Made by a program: the position numbers and the translations under genes | Notes under the pieces: generated by a model | What the model was told of the DNA's origin: nothing | What the model saw: only the letters and a program-made list of their open reading frames with translations | Databases searched by the model: none | Source: Chloropicon primus | Taxonomy: Eukaryota | Reading direction: 5' to 3' | Assembly (NCBI GenBank): GCA_023205875.1 | Contig: CP060758.1 | Location: 744,001 to 808,000 of the forward strand | DNA: 64,000 bases | Part shown: piece by piece, positions 30,845-41,780 of the stretch | Layout: each line of letters opens with the position of its first letter | Numbering within the stretch: position 1 is the first letter of the stretch

Positions 30845-31976
30845 ATGTTTTTCATGCAGGATGAAGGGTGCGTACCGGGGCCTCCCTTTGGTCCCCCGAC
30901 ATTGTCCTCCCCGTTGCTTGACACCTCCCTCCCCGCAAGCAAGCTCCAACCTTTGACGACGTAAGATGGCCATGCAGGACCAAACTGACTCGTTTGTTGT
31001 TGCTCTTGTCTTTCGCCTTGGAGCAGGGAGGAAAGCCAGCAGAACCCTCTTGTCGACGGAGGTGGCGAAATCGAAGGAGGGCTGGATAACTTCTTGTGGG
31101 GCGGAACTCTCGAGAAAGTGGACGACGACCCTTATGTCTCGGAAACTGTGAGTGCCTCGCATTCTCCTCCTGGTAGAAGTGTGTGAGGGCCAGTTACTGA
31201 CAATGCTTCTGCTTCTGCTTCTGCTTCTTGGTTTCCAGGGAGAGCCCGAGTACGGGCCGGGAGGCGAGGACCTGGAGAGGATCATCCACACAAAGTCCGA
31301 GCTCGGACCACTCATGAAGAAACAAGTTCCTAAAGGTCAGGTCATGCGGTGCATTGTAAAACGTGAGAAAGGAATGCTCGGTTTGTCCGAGGACATCGTT
31401 CTTTGCGTTCAGGAGCCGTCCAAGTGGGAGAGCGACAAGAAGCACCACCGAGTGCTGCTGGCTCAGAAGAAGCAAAAGAGTTCGACGCTCAACATTCACA
31501 TCAACTTCCCAGAGATTATGGGAAGGCAGCTTCTGGCGAAAATCAGGAGCCTGGACAAGAACGAGTACACCTTGTACGACGACGGCAAGAAGGCAGGGAA
31601 GAAAGGAGGTCAGGAGCGGAAAGAGCTCGGCCATTGCAAGGTAACAACATCAGGGGCAACCAAGCCGATCACGCTGGACTGCACTGTAAAGCTGTACGAG
31701 GACGTCCTTTCCACCACGTACGAGTTGCACACGGTCGAGCCCAAGTTCAACAAGGAGAAGAACAGCTACTACTTGCCTTTCGAGAGAGTGGGGGAGAGGG
31801 TGACGATGAACTCGAGGCACAACTTCCTCCTCAAGAAGACGGAAGACAGTTTCAAGAAGAAGAAGAAGCCCTTGCAGATAGGAAAGATAGACAAAGGCCT
31901 ATTCGCGCTCGACGTCCGTTTTCCTCTCAGTCCCTTGCACGCGTTCATGATCGTACTCTGCCACATGCAGGAGTAG
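30845..31976 (+). CDS. Tubby-like protein; probable exons 30845-30960, 31027-31147, 31239-31976
   Basis: RCIVKREK, VLLAQKK, PKFNKEKNSYYLPF..RVTMNSRHNFLL, LQIGKIDKGLFALDVRFPLSPLHAF (Tub domain). The 5' exons are inferred from in-frame GT-AG introns; the start is uncertain. Confidence 0.8.
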
Positions 31977-32108
31977 GAAATAGCAGAAACTCTCACACGC
32001 TTGCCAGCAGTATGAAAAGTTGGTCTTATAATCTGCTCAGTTTTGGTTCCACATGAAAATAACTGTTTTATTATTAATAGGTCGAAAAAACGATGTACGT
32101 CAAGTATC

Positions 32109-33938
32109 TCACTCCTTTTTGGGAGAGAAAAGGGTAGAGGTGTCGGACCTTCCCCAAGCGCTCTCTTTTGGGATCTCCGCCGGGGCCAACTTCTTCGCCT
32201 CCTTCGCTCCTTCCTTGGTCTCCGTCTTTTTCTCCTTGCCCTCGGTCGTCTTCTTGCCGTCGGACTTCGGCGCCGTCGCCTTGGCAGCCTTCTCAGCAGG
32301 GGCGGCGGCCTCGACTTCCTTGCCAGTGAGCTTGAGGTCCTTCAAGGCACGCTTGATGATGGTGGAGGCCCTCTGCACATCGGAGACGCTCGCCGAGGCA
32401 AAGTTCATGCTCGGATCGGACTGCGCCTTCTCCACGGTCTGCCTATGGAAGTCTTGCAGTTTGGCCACGTTCTCATGGAATTCTTTCATGGCTCCGGGGG
32501 CGACGTCAAGCGTCTTCACCTGCAGCTGCGAGGTGTACTTTTCGATCCTCGTCGCAATTCCCACGATTGTCTCGCAAATGTCCGTGCTGTCATTCAAAGC
32601 GTTTGTTGCCATCGTTGACAGTTTCTTGACGAAGCTCTCGTTGTCCGAGTTCGTGTCATTGGCGAACTCGGCGATCTGCTGCACGTAAAACTCGAACCTC
32701 GAGTGGAGCTCCTTCTGTTGTATCGTCTTGCAAGCCGCAAGGGAGATGAGGGTGCTCACGTATCGGGCCAAGAGGTCGGCCTGCTCCTTGGTTGCCTTTG
32801 CCCTCTTTCCTCCCGAATTGAGGACGTTCTTCAAACCAGCGAATTCGCTGTCCAGCTTGCTCGCAGATTCCATCGCCCTGTCGAAGAAAGAGAGGAGGTG
32901 CTTCTTCTCGGCACTCTGCTTGGACCGGTGCTTCTCCATGATGGATCCCCGCTTCGCTTTCAGCTCAGCGATCTTCTGCTCGAGCTGGCTGATCTCCGAG
33001 TCGATCTTCAAGATCTCCGGAGGAAGCTCGTAGCCAGAAGAATCGCCGCTTCGAAGCAAAGCGCCCTGCTCGTCCAAGCACGAGTCCTTGAACTTTTTGA
33101 TGATGGAACTGAGCCTGTCCGAAGGGTCTTCCTTGACTCCTCCAAGGGACTTGACAAGCTCCTTGCCGACTAACTTGTTCCAGTCCAGGGTAACCCTAGC
33201 CTTCTCCAGGAGCTTGGGCCCGCTCTGGACTTGCTTCGCCTTGCTCAAGCGCTCGAACTTGTCCTTGACGTTCTTGCGGTGCTCCTCGGACTTGGAACCT
33301 TCCTGGCTGGCGTCGATCGTAGTGAGAACGCTGACGATCTCGACGAGGAACTGCCTCGACTTTGAAGCGAGGCTGGCATTCGCCCCGAGGCCCTTCACGT
33401 CCGAAGAGACTGAGAGGACGGCCTCGGCGGCCCGCAGACCATACTCACCCGACTTCTGGGCGTCTGATATCGAGGACGCGAGCTGCTTCTTCAAGTCGCC
33501 CGCCAGCTCCTGGTTCTTGTCGTCCAGCAAGTTCTTCACGAGCAGCACGGCGTCCCTATTACTCGATCCCTGGGACTTGGCGCTCGAGGAGGCTCCCTGA
33601 TCCACGGTGGCGTTGGCTTGCTGCACCACGACGGAAGTCTCCGTCTTGCTTTGCCCGTTCTCCCTCCTCCTCTGTACGGGAGTAAAGGCCCCGCTCTTCT
33701 TCCCGTTTGTCCTCTCGTTCCCGGTTCCAAGGTTGACCACCTTCGTCGTCGTGGACTCCTTCTTCGCAGACCCAGTTTCGCCTTTCGCTTTCCCCTTTCC
33801 CTTGCTCTCTTGAACCTCCTTTTCCCTCTCCGCAGCCTTGGCCTTCCTATTCCTCCTCTTCTTCGCACTTTTACTGAGTTGGTGCCCCTCCGCCGTCCCC
33901 CCGTTCAAAGACAACAGGTCGTAACTGTTTAGACTCAT
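32109..33938 (-). CDS. Hypothetical basic/coiled-coil protein
   Basis: 609-aa frame from ATG 33938 (MSLNSYDLL), with K-rich N-terminus and helical body. No family recognised. Confidence 0.7.
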   Translation of the reverse strand: MSLNSYDLLSLNGGTAEGHQLSKSAKKRRNRKAKAAEREKEVQESKGKGKAKGETGSAKKESTTTKVVNLGTGNERTNGKKSGAFTPVQRRRENGQSKTETSVVVQQANATVDQGASSSAKSQGSSNRDAVLLVKNLLDDKNQELAGDLKKQLASSISDAQKSGEYGLRAAEAVLSVSSDVKGLGANASLASKSRQFLVEIVSVLTTIDASQEGSKSEEHRKNVKDKFERLSKAKQVQSGPKLLEKARVTLDWNKLVGKELVKSLGGVKEDPSDRLSSIIKKFKDSCLDEQGALLRSGDSSGYELPPEILKIDSEISQLEQKIAELKAKRGSIMEKHRSKQSAEKKHLLSFFDRAMESASKLDSEFAGLKNVLNSGGKRAKATKEQADLLARYVSTLISLAACKTIQQKELHSRFEFYVQQIAEFANDTNSDNESFVKKLSTMATNALNDSTDICETIVGIATRIEKYTSQLQVKTLDVAPGAMKEFHENVAKLQDFHRQTVEKAQSDPSMNFASASVSDVQRASTIIKRALKDLKLTGKEVEAAAPAEKAAKATAPKSDGKKTTEGKEKKTETKEGAKEAKKLAPAEIPKESAWGRSDTSTLFSPKKE

Positions 33939-34194
33939 CTTTCCTCGTCGGTCTCTCTTCCTACCCTCGCGCTCACTCGCACACTCTCTCGCTCCCTTCA
34001 CCTCTTCGCACACTTCGCACCCTTCGGCCGCGTCCGAGCCTCCACTCTGCCGTCTCCCTCCCAGATTTTCGATTGTCTCTTTTTATCTTTCAGGACACCC
34101 ACCCACCTGGAGACGACAAGGAGCAAGACAACCAACCTTGAGAGGTGGAGATGAGATGAAGTGAAGTGAAGTTAAGCGTATGAGATTAATTGCC

Positions 34195-34227
<33 letters not shown>

Positions 34228-34415
34228 TCTCTCTCGTTCTCGTTCTCGTTCTCGTTCTGGCTTTCTCTTTGGTGAGGTTAATCATCTCCCAAAGTTTGGA
34301 ACTCCCAAACGAAAGAGAGTTTGAAAAAACGGGGATGTGACAGACGGACCAGGAGGCGCCTCGACTGGTACAAGGAAGGAAAGACGGAAGCTTGGCAACT
34401 CCCTTGGCTCGGACG

Positions 34416-35262
34416 ATGGGTTTTTTATCGAAGCTGGCCGCCCTCTTTGGTCCAGGGAAGAAGAAGGTGAAGATATTGGTCGTGGGCTTGGACAACAGTG
34501 GCAAGTCGACTATCATACAAAAGTGAGTCTCCAAACCTTTCTCTCTCTCTCTCTCTCTGCCTCACCCCTCTCCTCGAAGGCCGGCTGCGTCGACCTGGCT
34601 TTGTGTCGCGGGCTTGATCTCTGACTTGTGTGCTCCTCAGGCTGAAACCAAACGCAGAGAAGAAGACAGCCGTGCCAACTGTTGGATTCAATATGGAGGA
34701 GTTCGAGAAAGGCAGCTTGTGCTTCAACGTGTTTGACATGTCAGGGGCGAACAGGTACCGCAGCCTGTGGGAGAAGTACTACAACGACGCCGAGGCTATC
34801 GTATTCGTGGTGGATACCGCGGACAAGTTCAGGATGTGTGTGGTCAAGGTAAGAATGGCAGAGCTGGGAATGTCGCTCAACCGAGGAGGCCTTGCTGACA
34901 AAACTGTTTCCCTCCCCCTCAAGGACGAGCTGGAGAGGATGCTGTCCCACGCCGCGCTCGAAAAAGTTCCCATCCTCTTTTTCGCGAACAAAAAAGACGT
35001 CATCAACGTAAGTCACCTACTGCTACCACATTAAAAATACCCAAACAGCTCCATGTTATCTTTGTTACGGTTCGAGGGACAGAAAAGACTGACGCCTTGC
35101 GTGCTTCTCTCCCCCCAGGCCATGACCCCCGTCGAGTGCGCAAAGTATCTCGAACTAGAATCGATCCAAACGCGTGCGTGGCAGATCATACACAGCAACG
35201 GGCTCACTGGGGAGGGCCTCAGCACCGGCATCGACTGGCTTGCCCAAACGCTTCAGAAATGA
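34416..35262 (+). CDS. ARL6: ARF-like GTPase 6 (BBS3); exons 34416-34522, 34641-34848, 34924-35007, 35119-35262
   Basis: MG start, VGLDNSGKST, PTVGF, FDMSG (ARL6-typical, not WDxGG), RYRSLWEKYY, RMCVVKDEL, PILFFANKKD, SNGLTGEGL. Confidence 0.9.
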
Positions 35263-35371
35263 ATGTTCTCTGAACCGCGGGATGTCAAAGACGAGGTGGG
35301 AGCAAGGGCTCCGTGTGGCACCTCTTCTCGGCCGCAAGGTTGATATGGAAATGCTTTCCCTCCTTCGCTTG

Positions 35372-36993
35372 TCATATCCAAGAGGTCCTGTACTTTATCC
35401 ACTCGCCAAAGTGATACGCTGGAATGGAGGACAGCATGAAACACAAGGACAGCAAGGTGACGAGCGGCTTCTCGTAGAAGGAGATGGACATCATGACCAG
35501 GCTCGCCACGAAGACTACCAGGGCACAGCCCGAGGTCAGAATCCGCTTCCTCGTCCAGATCTGCGAGTGGAGCGTCCATTGAAACTTCAGGTAGGCGCAA
35601 GCAATCATGGCGTAGAAATACCAAGAGCTCTGACCAAAAAGTGCGAGAAGGTCGTCGAAGCTGGGCCCCTGAAACAGCAGGCAAATCACCGGCCAAATTC
35701 CCTTCCGTTGTTGTAGAAATAAAAAAAAACAAGATTTTTGTATGGATATTTGTGTCAATAGATAGAACTCACAGTCAAACTCGCCCCCCAAAACAGAAAG
35801 AGACGAAGACGAAAAAAACTCACCTGCATCAACGCCGCAGCGTAGGGCGAGCTCGTGCGCTTGCCCAGCTTCGCCATAAACGATGGCATCTGCCTGTTCC
35901 TTGCCGTGGCGAAGAGCCATCGACTCCCCGTGGCGATCCCCCCGTTCAGACAAGCGAGAGTGGACAAGGCAACAAACACCGTGAACACGCTCTCGTACTT
36001 CCTTCCCATGGTTATGGACACGACCTGCGCGGCGACCCCCGTTCTCTCGCTCAGCTTGTCCTTGTCCAGGACACAGAAATAGCTCACTACAAGTGCACCG
36101 TAGGCCACCAGGATGGTCAGCATCCCATAGAACAGCCCGCCCCTCATGTTCTTCCTCGGGTTGACCACCTCCTCGCTCAGGCAAACCACCGAGTTGAAGC
36201 CGTTCACGCTCCACAGGAGGGACGTCACGATGGAGTAAACTTGCTGAACGCTGTTTTGACTCCAGTTCGGCTTGACGTTCGCTTTGATCACGGCATCGTT
36301 CTGGATGGCGTACCTCACGCTGATCAAGAACACGAAGGCCACCATCGCCCCCTTCATCACGGCGAAGGCCTTCTGAATCCGACTCACGACCTTGATGCTG
36401 AAGCAATTCAGCCAAACGAGGGCGAGAATTCCCGCAATGGCGGTCGCCTTTATCTTCACGCTGTAGATGGACTGCCCCTCCTGAGGCATGCAAGGCTCGT
36501 TCTCGTGGTGTCTGAGATCTGGAAATAGTTTACAGGAGATGTGCGTCGAGAACGTGAGAGCCTGCATGCAGGTGGTGCACGCCTGGAGGAAGATGTACAT
36601 CATCCACGCGTAGGTGAATCCCGGCATGTTTCCAAAGGCGACCCTGATGTACTCGTAGTCCCCCCCAGCCGAGGGGAGGAAGGTGGAGAGCTCTATGTAC
36701 ACGGCAACGCAGCAGCAGGTGACCAGCCCCGCGGTAGCGAAGAGGGCGAGCGCAGAAACCAGCGAACCGACTTGCAGGATGCTGTGGTTGATGAATATGG
36801 CGTTCAGCAGGACGGTTACCGTCATCGCGTACACGTCCCAGAAGCCGAGGCTGCTCCTCAGCTTCCGCGGCGAGGGCGGCTCGTTTGGCTCCAGGAGCTC
36901 GCTGCCAAAGGGGTCGCCGGGCGACCCCTTCGGAGTCCTGGACAGGAGCCACGTGCTCTCCGAGGGGTACAACTCTCCGCTCTCACTCGCCAT
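35372..36993 (-). CDS. APC-family L-type amino acid transporter; exons 36993-35824 and 35701-35372
   Basis: LRSSLGFWD, YIELSTFLPSAGGDYEYIRVAFG, SEEVVNPRKN, SRWLFATAR, SPYAAALMQ|GIWPV. About 12 TM segments. N-terminal ESTWLL dileucine motif. Confidence 0.88.
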
Positions 36994-37957
36994 GTCCTCT
37001 GTTGGCCTCACAACAACTTGCAACGACCGGGCCGCTCCTCTTCAGGTCTCAGGTCCCGCTCCCCTTGGCCGGAGTCGCCATGGCCGTGCGTGACTTGTGC
37101 GCTCACGGGCTTCTCACCTCGGTGTCGGTGGTGGTGGTGGTGTGCACAATGCTAGGGGAGCTGCTCGAGTCCCTCGGAGAAAGCCACGACAGGCGCAGCA
37201 GCGCTCGACCAAGACGTCCAATCCAGACAAAGTGCTGGCTCCAAGTCCAGCGAGGACCAAAGCAATCCCAGAGAGTGCGTCCGCTCTAGAGCCCAATGGA
37301 CGCCTTCTCTCCAGAACTCCCCGATGCCAACCCCACCTGAGCGACGAAAACACACAGACACACACAAGCCGCCACAGAAGAGCACCAGCTTGGCCTTCAA
37401 GGGCCAAGTCCGGTCAAGGCAGAATCTCTCCAAGGGTCTAGGGACCTAATCCAGTGGCCCAATCTTAACCTCCTCCTTGTGGTCTCGTCCTTTCTGCCAC
37501 CTCACAGGCAGGGACTGGAACTGGAACTGGACCACTGCCTTTGGCTTTGGATGTCTTGTCTTTGGGATGAAGGGACGGAGGACGACGCATGCGTGTAATG
37601 TTATTACACTCATTGCGGGCGACCTTGGGCTACATTTCCAAGAGGGAAAATCTACACCGAGGGGAGAGCGGGAAAAGAGCGAGGACGACGAGGGGCGACG
37701 AGCGGTGCGAAGAGGAAAACGAGGAAGAGGAAGAGGGAAGAGGAAGAGTTGAGAGTTGTGTGTCCGACTGTGGGACTGGAGAGGGTCACGAGGGGGTGGA
37801 AGGGAGGAGAACTCCTTGGACGGGACGGGGAGAGTCCGGGCGAGGTCTCACGAAGGAGGAGACCTGTTGTTGTTGTCCTCGAATTTTGGGGGAAGAAGAA
37901 TTTGGAACAGGGGGCTCTCGACGGCGTTGAGGGGTTTGGCGCGCAGGCGTGGACGCC

Positions 37958-38647
37958 ATGGCGAGAACGAAGAGAGGTATAGAGCAGACGGTAAGTTCTA
38001 CGGGAGTGGTCGTCGCTTCCCTCCGCCCCAGGAGGGCTCGCCGCACGTCCATTGACTCCCTGTGGTCGACTTGGTTGACCCGAAATGTTCCTCGTCGTTT
38101 CTGACCCTTTCGACGTTCCCCCTGGTCTCGTCCCGTCGCGGAATGCGCGCAGGGAGGGCAGAGCTCGGGTCCGAGCACGTCCGAGCGCCAGCCGAGGAAG
38201 AGAAGGTACAGGCCCGGAACCAAAGCGCTCAAGGAGATCCGGCACTTTCAAAAGACGACGGACCTGCTGCTGCGCAAGCTGCCTTTTGCCCGACTCGTTA
38301 GAGAAATCGGAAACACCGTGTCCGTGGAGCCGTACCGCTGGACTGCGGAGGCCCTGCTGGCCCTGCAGGAGGCCTCGGAAGCTTTTATGGTCGGACTCTT
38401 CGAGGACTGCAACTTGTGCGCAATCCACGCCAAGAGGGTCACGATAAGTAAGTCCAGCCCCCTCCCTCCCTCGCCTCTCGGCCGATCACACACACACACG
38501 CACGCGCGCGCGCCCATTTTGTGCACCCTTTTCCTGACTCGTGTTCTTTCTCCCCACACCCCACTCTTGCCAACCTGTGCAGTGCCGAAGGACATGCAAC
38601 TGGCCCGCAGGATAAGGGGCCCGGTCTACGGAATAGCATCGTACTAG
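37958..38647 (+). CDS. CENH3: Centromeric histone H3 variant; exons 37958-37990, 38153-38447, 38583-38647
   Basis: MARTKR start, divergent short tail, [32 protein letters not shown] (longer loop 1, F>W), [20 protein letters not shown]. Confidence 0.9.
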
Positions 38648-38866
38648 CCGTGTGCGCGTTGTTCTCGGGACAGACGATGGCCGTCGCCTCGACTCTTGCT
38701 TTTCGACAATTGGACAGGCGGGAGGAGTTGGGCGACTGTAATTGTATAAGAAAAATGTGTATAAAACCTAAATAAAGACATTTACCAAGGAGGTCCGGTC
38801 TGCAAAAAACTTGATGGGTGGCCTTGCGCCCCGTCATCCCTCGACGCCCCGTCCAGACCAATGCCT

Positions 38867-39856
38867 TCACTTCCACTTCTTGGATACGTACTCTTGGTAA
38901 GGGCCGGGCTTCTCCTTTGGGATCGTGTCCTTGAGCACCACGTGCTTCGAGCGGGGCTTCGCTTGGAACTCGTCGCGGAACTTCCCCTCGCGGTCCAGCA
39001 TTTGCTCCTCCACAGCCACCATCTGGATCTCCCTCTCCTGCAGCTCGTCCTGCAAGTCGCCCTTCTTGCCGCCAAACTGCCAAGTGTCGAAGGCCTCCCT
39101 CTCCGGGAAGACCCTCTTGGCCGGCTTCGTGGCCGCCTCGGCTTGGGTTCCCGCCGCCGGGGTGGAAGCCATGCCGGTGACAGTCTGGCTCCCAGCAGCC
39201 GCCGCGTCTCCCTCGTTCTCCAGGGCCTCGAAGTCTTCGTCGTCGAAGTCCTCCTTCACGGGCTTGGAGTCCGCCTGAACCTCCTGGTTCGTTGCCCTAC
39301 TGTACACGTTGGAGACGCCCGTGAAGAACTTGGGCCAGACCACGAGAAACACGACGCCAAGGAAAAGGTAGATGGCTATCTTGACCGCCATGTTGAAGAC
39401 CTCGCCCCACCCCCCGTCATTGCCGCCGCCTCCCCCTCCGCCCCCGCCTCCCTGGTCGCCAGACCCGTTTCCACCGCCGTCTCCGCTACCGTCGTCCAGC
39501 TTGGCGAAAATGCTCTCCTTGCCCTGAAAGGCCTGCTCCAGAGCCTTCTTCGCCAGCTCCTTCTTCTGGTCCGTCCGCGGGACCGCTCGAGGCTCGTCCG
39601 CGGCGAAGAGTCCCGTCAAAGGGAGCACGCCCGGCGACTCCACGCCGCCCGGAACGGAGTCTACAAAGCGGTTGAACAGCAGGTGGACCTTGTGCTTGGA
39701 AGGAGAGCTTTGCCTCGGTCTCGGCGCCTGCCTCTTCCTCAGACCCAGGCCGAGTCCGCGGCAGGAGACGGAGCACGACGCCGTCCCACTCCTCCCCTCC
39801 CTGCACACGCTCCTTCGTCCAACCCCGACTGTCGACCGACCCAAAGAAGCCTCCAT
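38867..39856 (-). CDS. Hypothetical Gly-rich single-TM protein, probably plastid-targeted
   Basis: S/R/C-rich transit-like N-terminus, KKALEQAFQGK followed by poly-Gly and a TM segment (IAIYLFLGVVFLVVW). Confidence 0.65.
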   Translation of the reverse strand: MEASLGRSTVGVGRRSVCREGRSGTASCSVSCRGLGLGLRKRQAPRPRQSSPSKHKVHLLFNRFVDSVPGGVESPGVLPLTGLFAADEPRAVPRTDQKKELAKKALEQAFQGKESIFAKLDDGSGDGGGNGSGDQGGGGGGGGGGNDGGWGEVFNMAVKIAIYLFLGVVFLVVWPKFFTGVSNVYSRATNQEVQADSKPVKEDFDDEDFEALENEGDAAAAGSQTVTGMASTPAAGTQAEAATKPAKRVFPEREAFDTWQFGGKKGDLQDELQEREIQMVAVEEQMLDREGKFRDEFQAKPRSKHVVLKDTIPKEKPGPYQEYVSKKWK

Positions 39857-40111
39857 CGCTACGGGGCTGCCTTCTCCTCTTCCCAACCACGAACGCCCTC
39901 GTCCTCGACACCACGAACGTCCTCGTCCTCCCTCTCTCTCTTCCGATCGATCCGATCCCACCCTATCCACTTCCACTTCTCCTTCCCGTCAGGTGTCAAA
40001 ATAATACACTGTTGTGGCGTCCATGGCAAAATAACGGGCGAGCTCGAGAGGGGCGACCGACGACGAGAATCGACGCGCCCAGTCTCGTTTGGCGGCACAC
40101 GGGACGCCAAG

Positions 40112-41425
40112 ATGAGAGGTAGGTCTCTCACAGTTGTGCGTTGGCTGCGGAAAGATCTGATCGCGATCCCTATGCGTGCCTTCCCGGTCGGTCTCCTCCT
40201 TCCCTTGGCTTTCTGGGTGGTGTTCACGGCGATGCATTTCAGCCCCCCGCCGTTGGCGGGGTTGTCCCCCCCCTGGGCCGGTTCCAGGTTGGGTGCGCCG
40301 GTCGCCCTCTGCACGAACGAGTCCACGTGCCCGCGAAGCGGGACGACATGCTTCCAGGGCGTCTGCGTCGAATGGATGCGGCGGGGTGGTGACGACCAGG
40401 GCAGCGAGGGAACCCCAGCCCCCCGTGAAGGGGGCGACTGTGTGCCGTCGTGTTTCGAGGAGGTCCAATTGTACGAGTCGCACCACTACAAGCGGAGCGT
40501 GACGATGGTTGAGGGCTACGGCTCGGTGGCAGGGGGGTGCACGGTGATGTACGACGTGGCGGGTGCGACGAAGGGCGGTGTGTCAAAGGAGGACTACGAG
40601 GCCCGGACGATGGGGAACATGAAGCGGAGAGAGTCGACGGGGGGGAAACGGTGGGGGGCATGGTGTGAGGCACCCAATGCGCTGCATCCATCCTCCGCAG
40701 CACGCCCGCCACGAATCCCCAAACTCATTCACCAAACCTGGAAATCGCACGCGGAGCCGACGTGGTCCAAGGCCTCTTCGTGGATATCACTGAATCCAGA
40801 TTGGCAATACCGTCTGTGGGACGACGACGAAGCCGCCGAATTGGTACGGACGAACTTTCCGCGCGTGTGGGGTGTGTGGGATCGCCTTCGTCCGGTGGAA
40901 CGTGCGGACGTCTTTCGGTATGCGGTTGTGTACGTCCACGGTGGTGTGTACGCGGACTTGGACGTTGAGTGCATCCGTCCAATCGACACCTGGCCAGGGA
41001 TTTCAAGCAGTGACGGCCTTGTCGGCATCGAGGGAATCATGCAAGATGAGGAAGAGATGCGACGCGTCAAGTTTGTTGCTTTGACGCAGTACTGCCAGTG
41101 GACGTTCGCCTTTGCCCAAGGCCACCCCGTGTTGCGCCGCGCCTTGGACACGGTCGTGCAACGCGTCGAGGACGGAGAGCAGGACACCTTAAAGAAGACT
41201 GGCCCAGGTGCCTTCTCCACCGCCCTCGCCACCATCGAACCGGGCGTCAAGGTCCTGGATGGAAACGCGTTTGCAACCGGTGGATATGGCAATTCGCTCA
41301 CCTCGACGAACGCCACTTTGATCAGGCATTACTTCAGGGGGTCCTGGAAACTCTGGTGGAGGAAAGAACCCGTACACGGTGTGCCCGTTACGGAGCAAGA
41401 AGATGAATCGATTCCTATGTCTTAA
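40112..41425 (+). CDS. GT32 (OCH1/SUR1-like, DxD) glycosyltransferase, type II membrane protein
   Basis: IPKLIHQTWK, LNPDWQYRLWDD, RADVFRYAVVYVHGGVYADLDVEC, QWTF, HPVL, TGPGAFS, HYFRGSW. N-terminal TM and Cys-rich stem. Confidence 0.9.
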   Translation: MRGRSLTVVRWLRKDLIAIPMRAFPVGLLLPLAFWVVFTAMHFSPPPLAGLSPPWAGSRLGAPVALCTNESTCPRSGTTCFQGVCVEWMRRGGDDQGSEGTPAPREGGDCVPSCFEEVQLYESHHYKRSVTMVEGYGSVAGGCTVMYDVAGATKGGVSKEDYEARTMGNMKRRESTGGKRWGAWCEAPNALHPSSAARPPRIPKLIHQTWKSHAEPTWSKASSWISLNPDWQYRLWDDDEAAELVRTNFPRVWGVWDRLRPVERADVFRYAVVYVHGGVYADLDVECIRPIDTWPGISSSDGLVGIEGIMQDEEEMRRVKFVALTQYCQWTFAFAQGHPVLRRALDTVVQRVEDGEQDTLKKTGPGAFSTALATIEPGVKVLDGNAFATGGYGNSLTSTNATLIRHYFRGSWKLWWRKEPVHGVPVTEQEDESIPMS

Positions 41426-41780
41426 GTTATAGGTGACCTATATAAGTTACAAGTCTCAATGTAACTTCTTGCGATGATACCTTTGAGAGCCAGAGAAGGA
41501 AGAGAGCCAGAGAAGGGAGAGAGAAATTCCCTGGTCCCTCTCTCTCCGTTCCCACATCGATCAATCCCTCAATCGATCGCACGACGCGCACCCTGCTGAG
41601 GTGACTCTCCCTTCCCATCCATGAGAATTGACGATCACAGACGGAGAGGGAGGCAGAGAGGGGGGAAGGCCGTGCAGGGCAAAGGGGTGTGCTTGCTTGG
41701 GGTGCGCGGGACGACGCTTTGGGGTGGCTGCGAGGCAGTTGGCTCGGTGAGAAGATTCAGGGAGAAGAAGGTGGAGTGCA

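Noticed and set aside
30966..31151. ORF MAMQDQ... as first exon of the Tubby gene
   Set aside because: Its frame is incompatible with the 31148-31238 intron, and its ATG lies inside a predicted intron (30961-31026).
37024..37957. Small ORFs between the LAT transporter and CENH3
   Set aside because: No coherent coding signal or motifs. Likely UTR or promoter sequence.
38861..41425. 854-aa ORF as one protein
   Set aside because: The first ~417 codons are the antisense shadow of the minus-strand gene 38867-39856 plus intergenic DNA. The real GT32 starts at ATG 40112 (or 40172).
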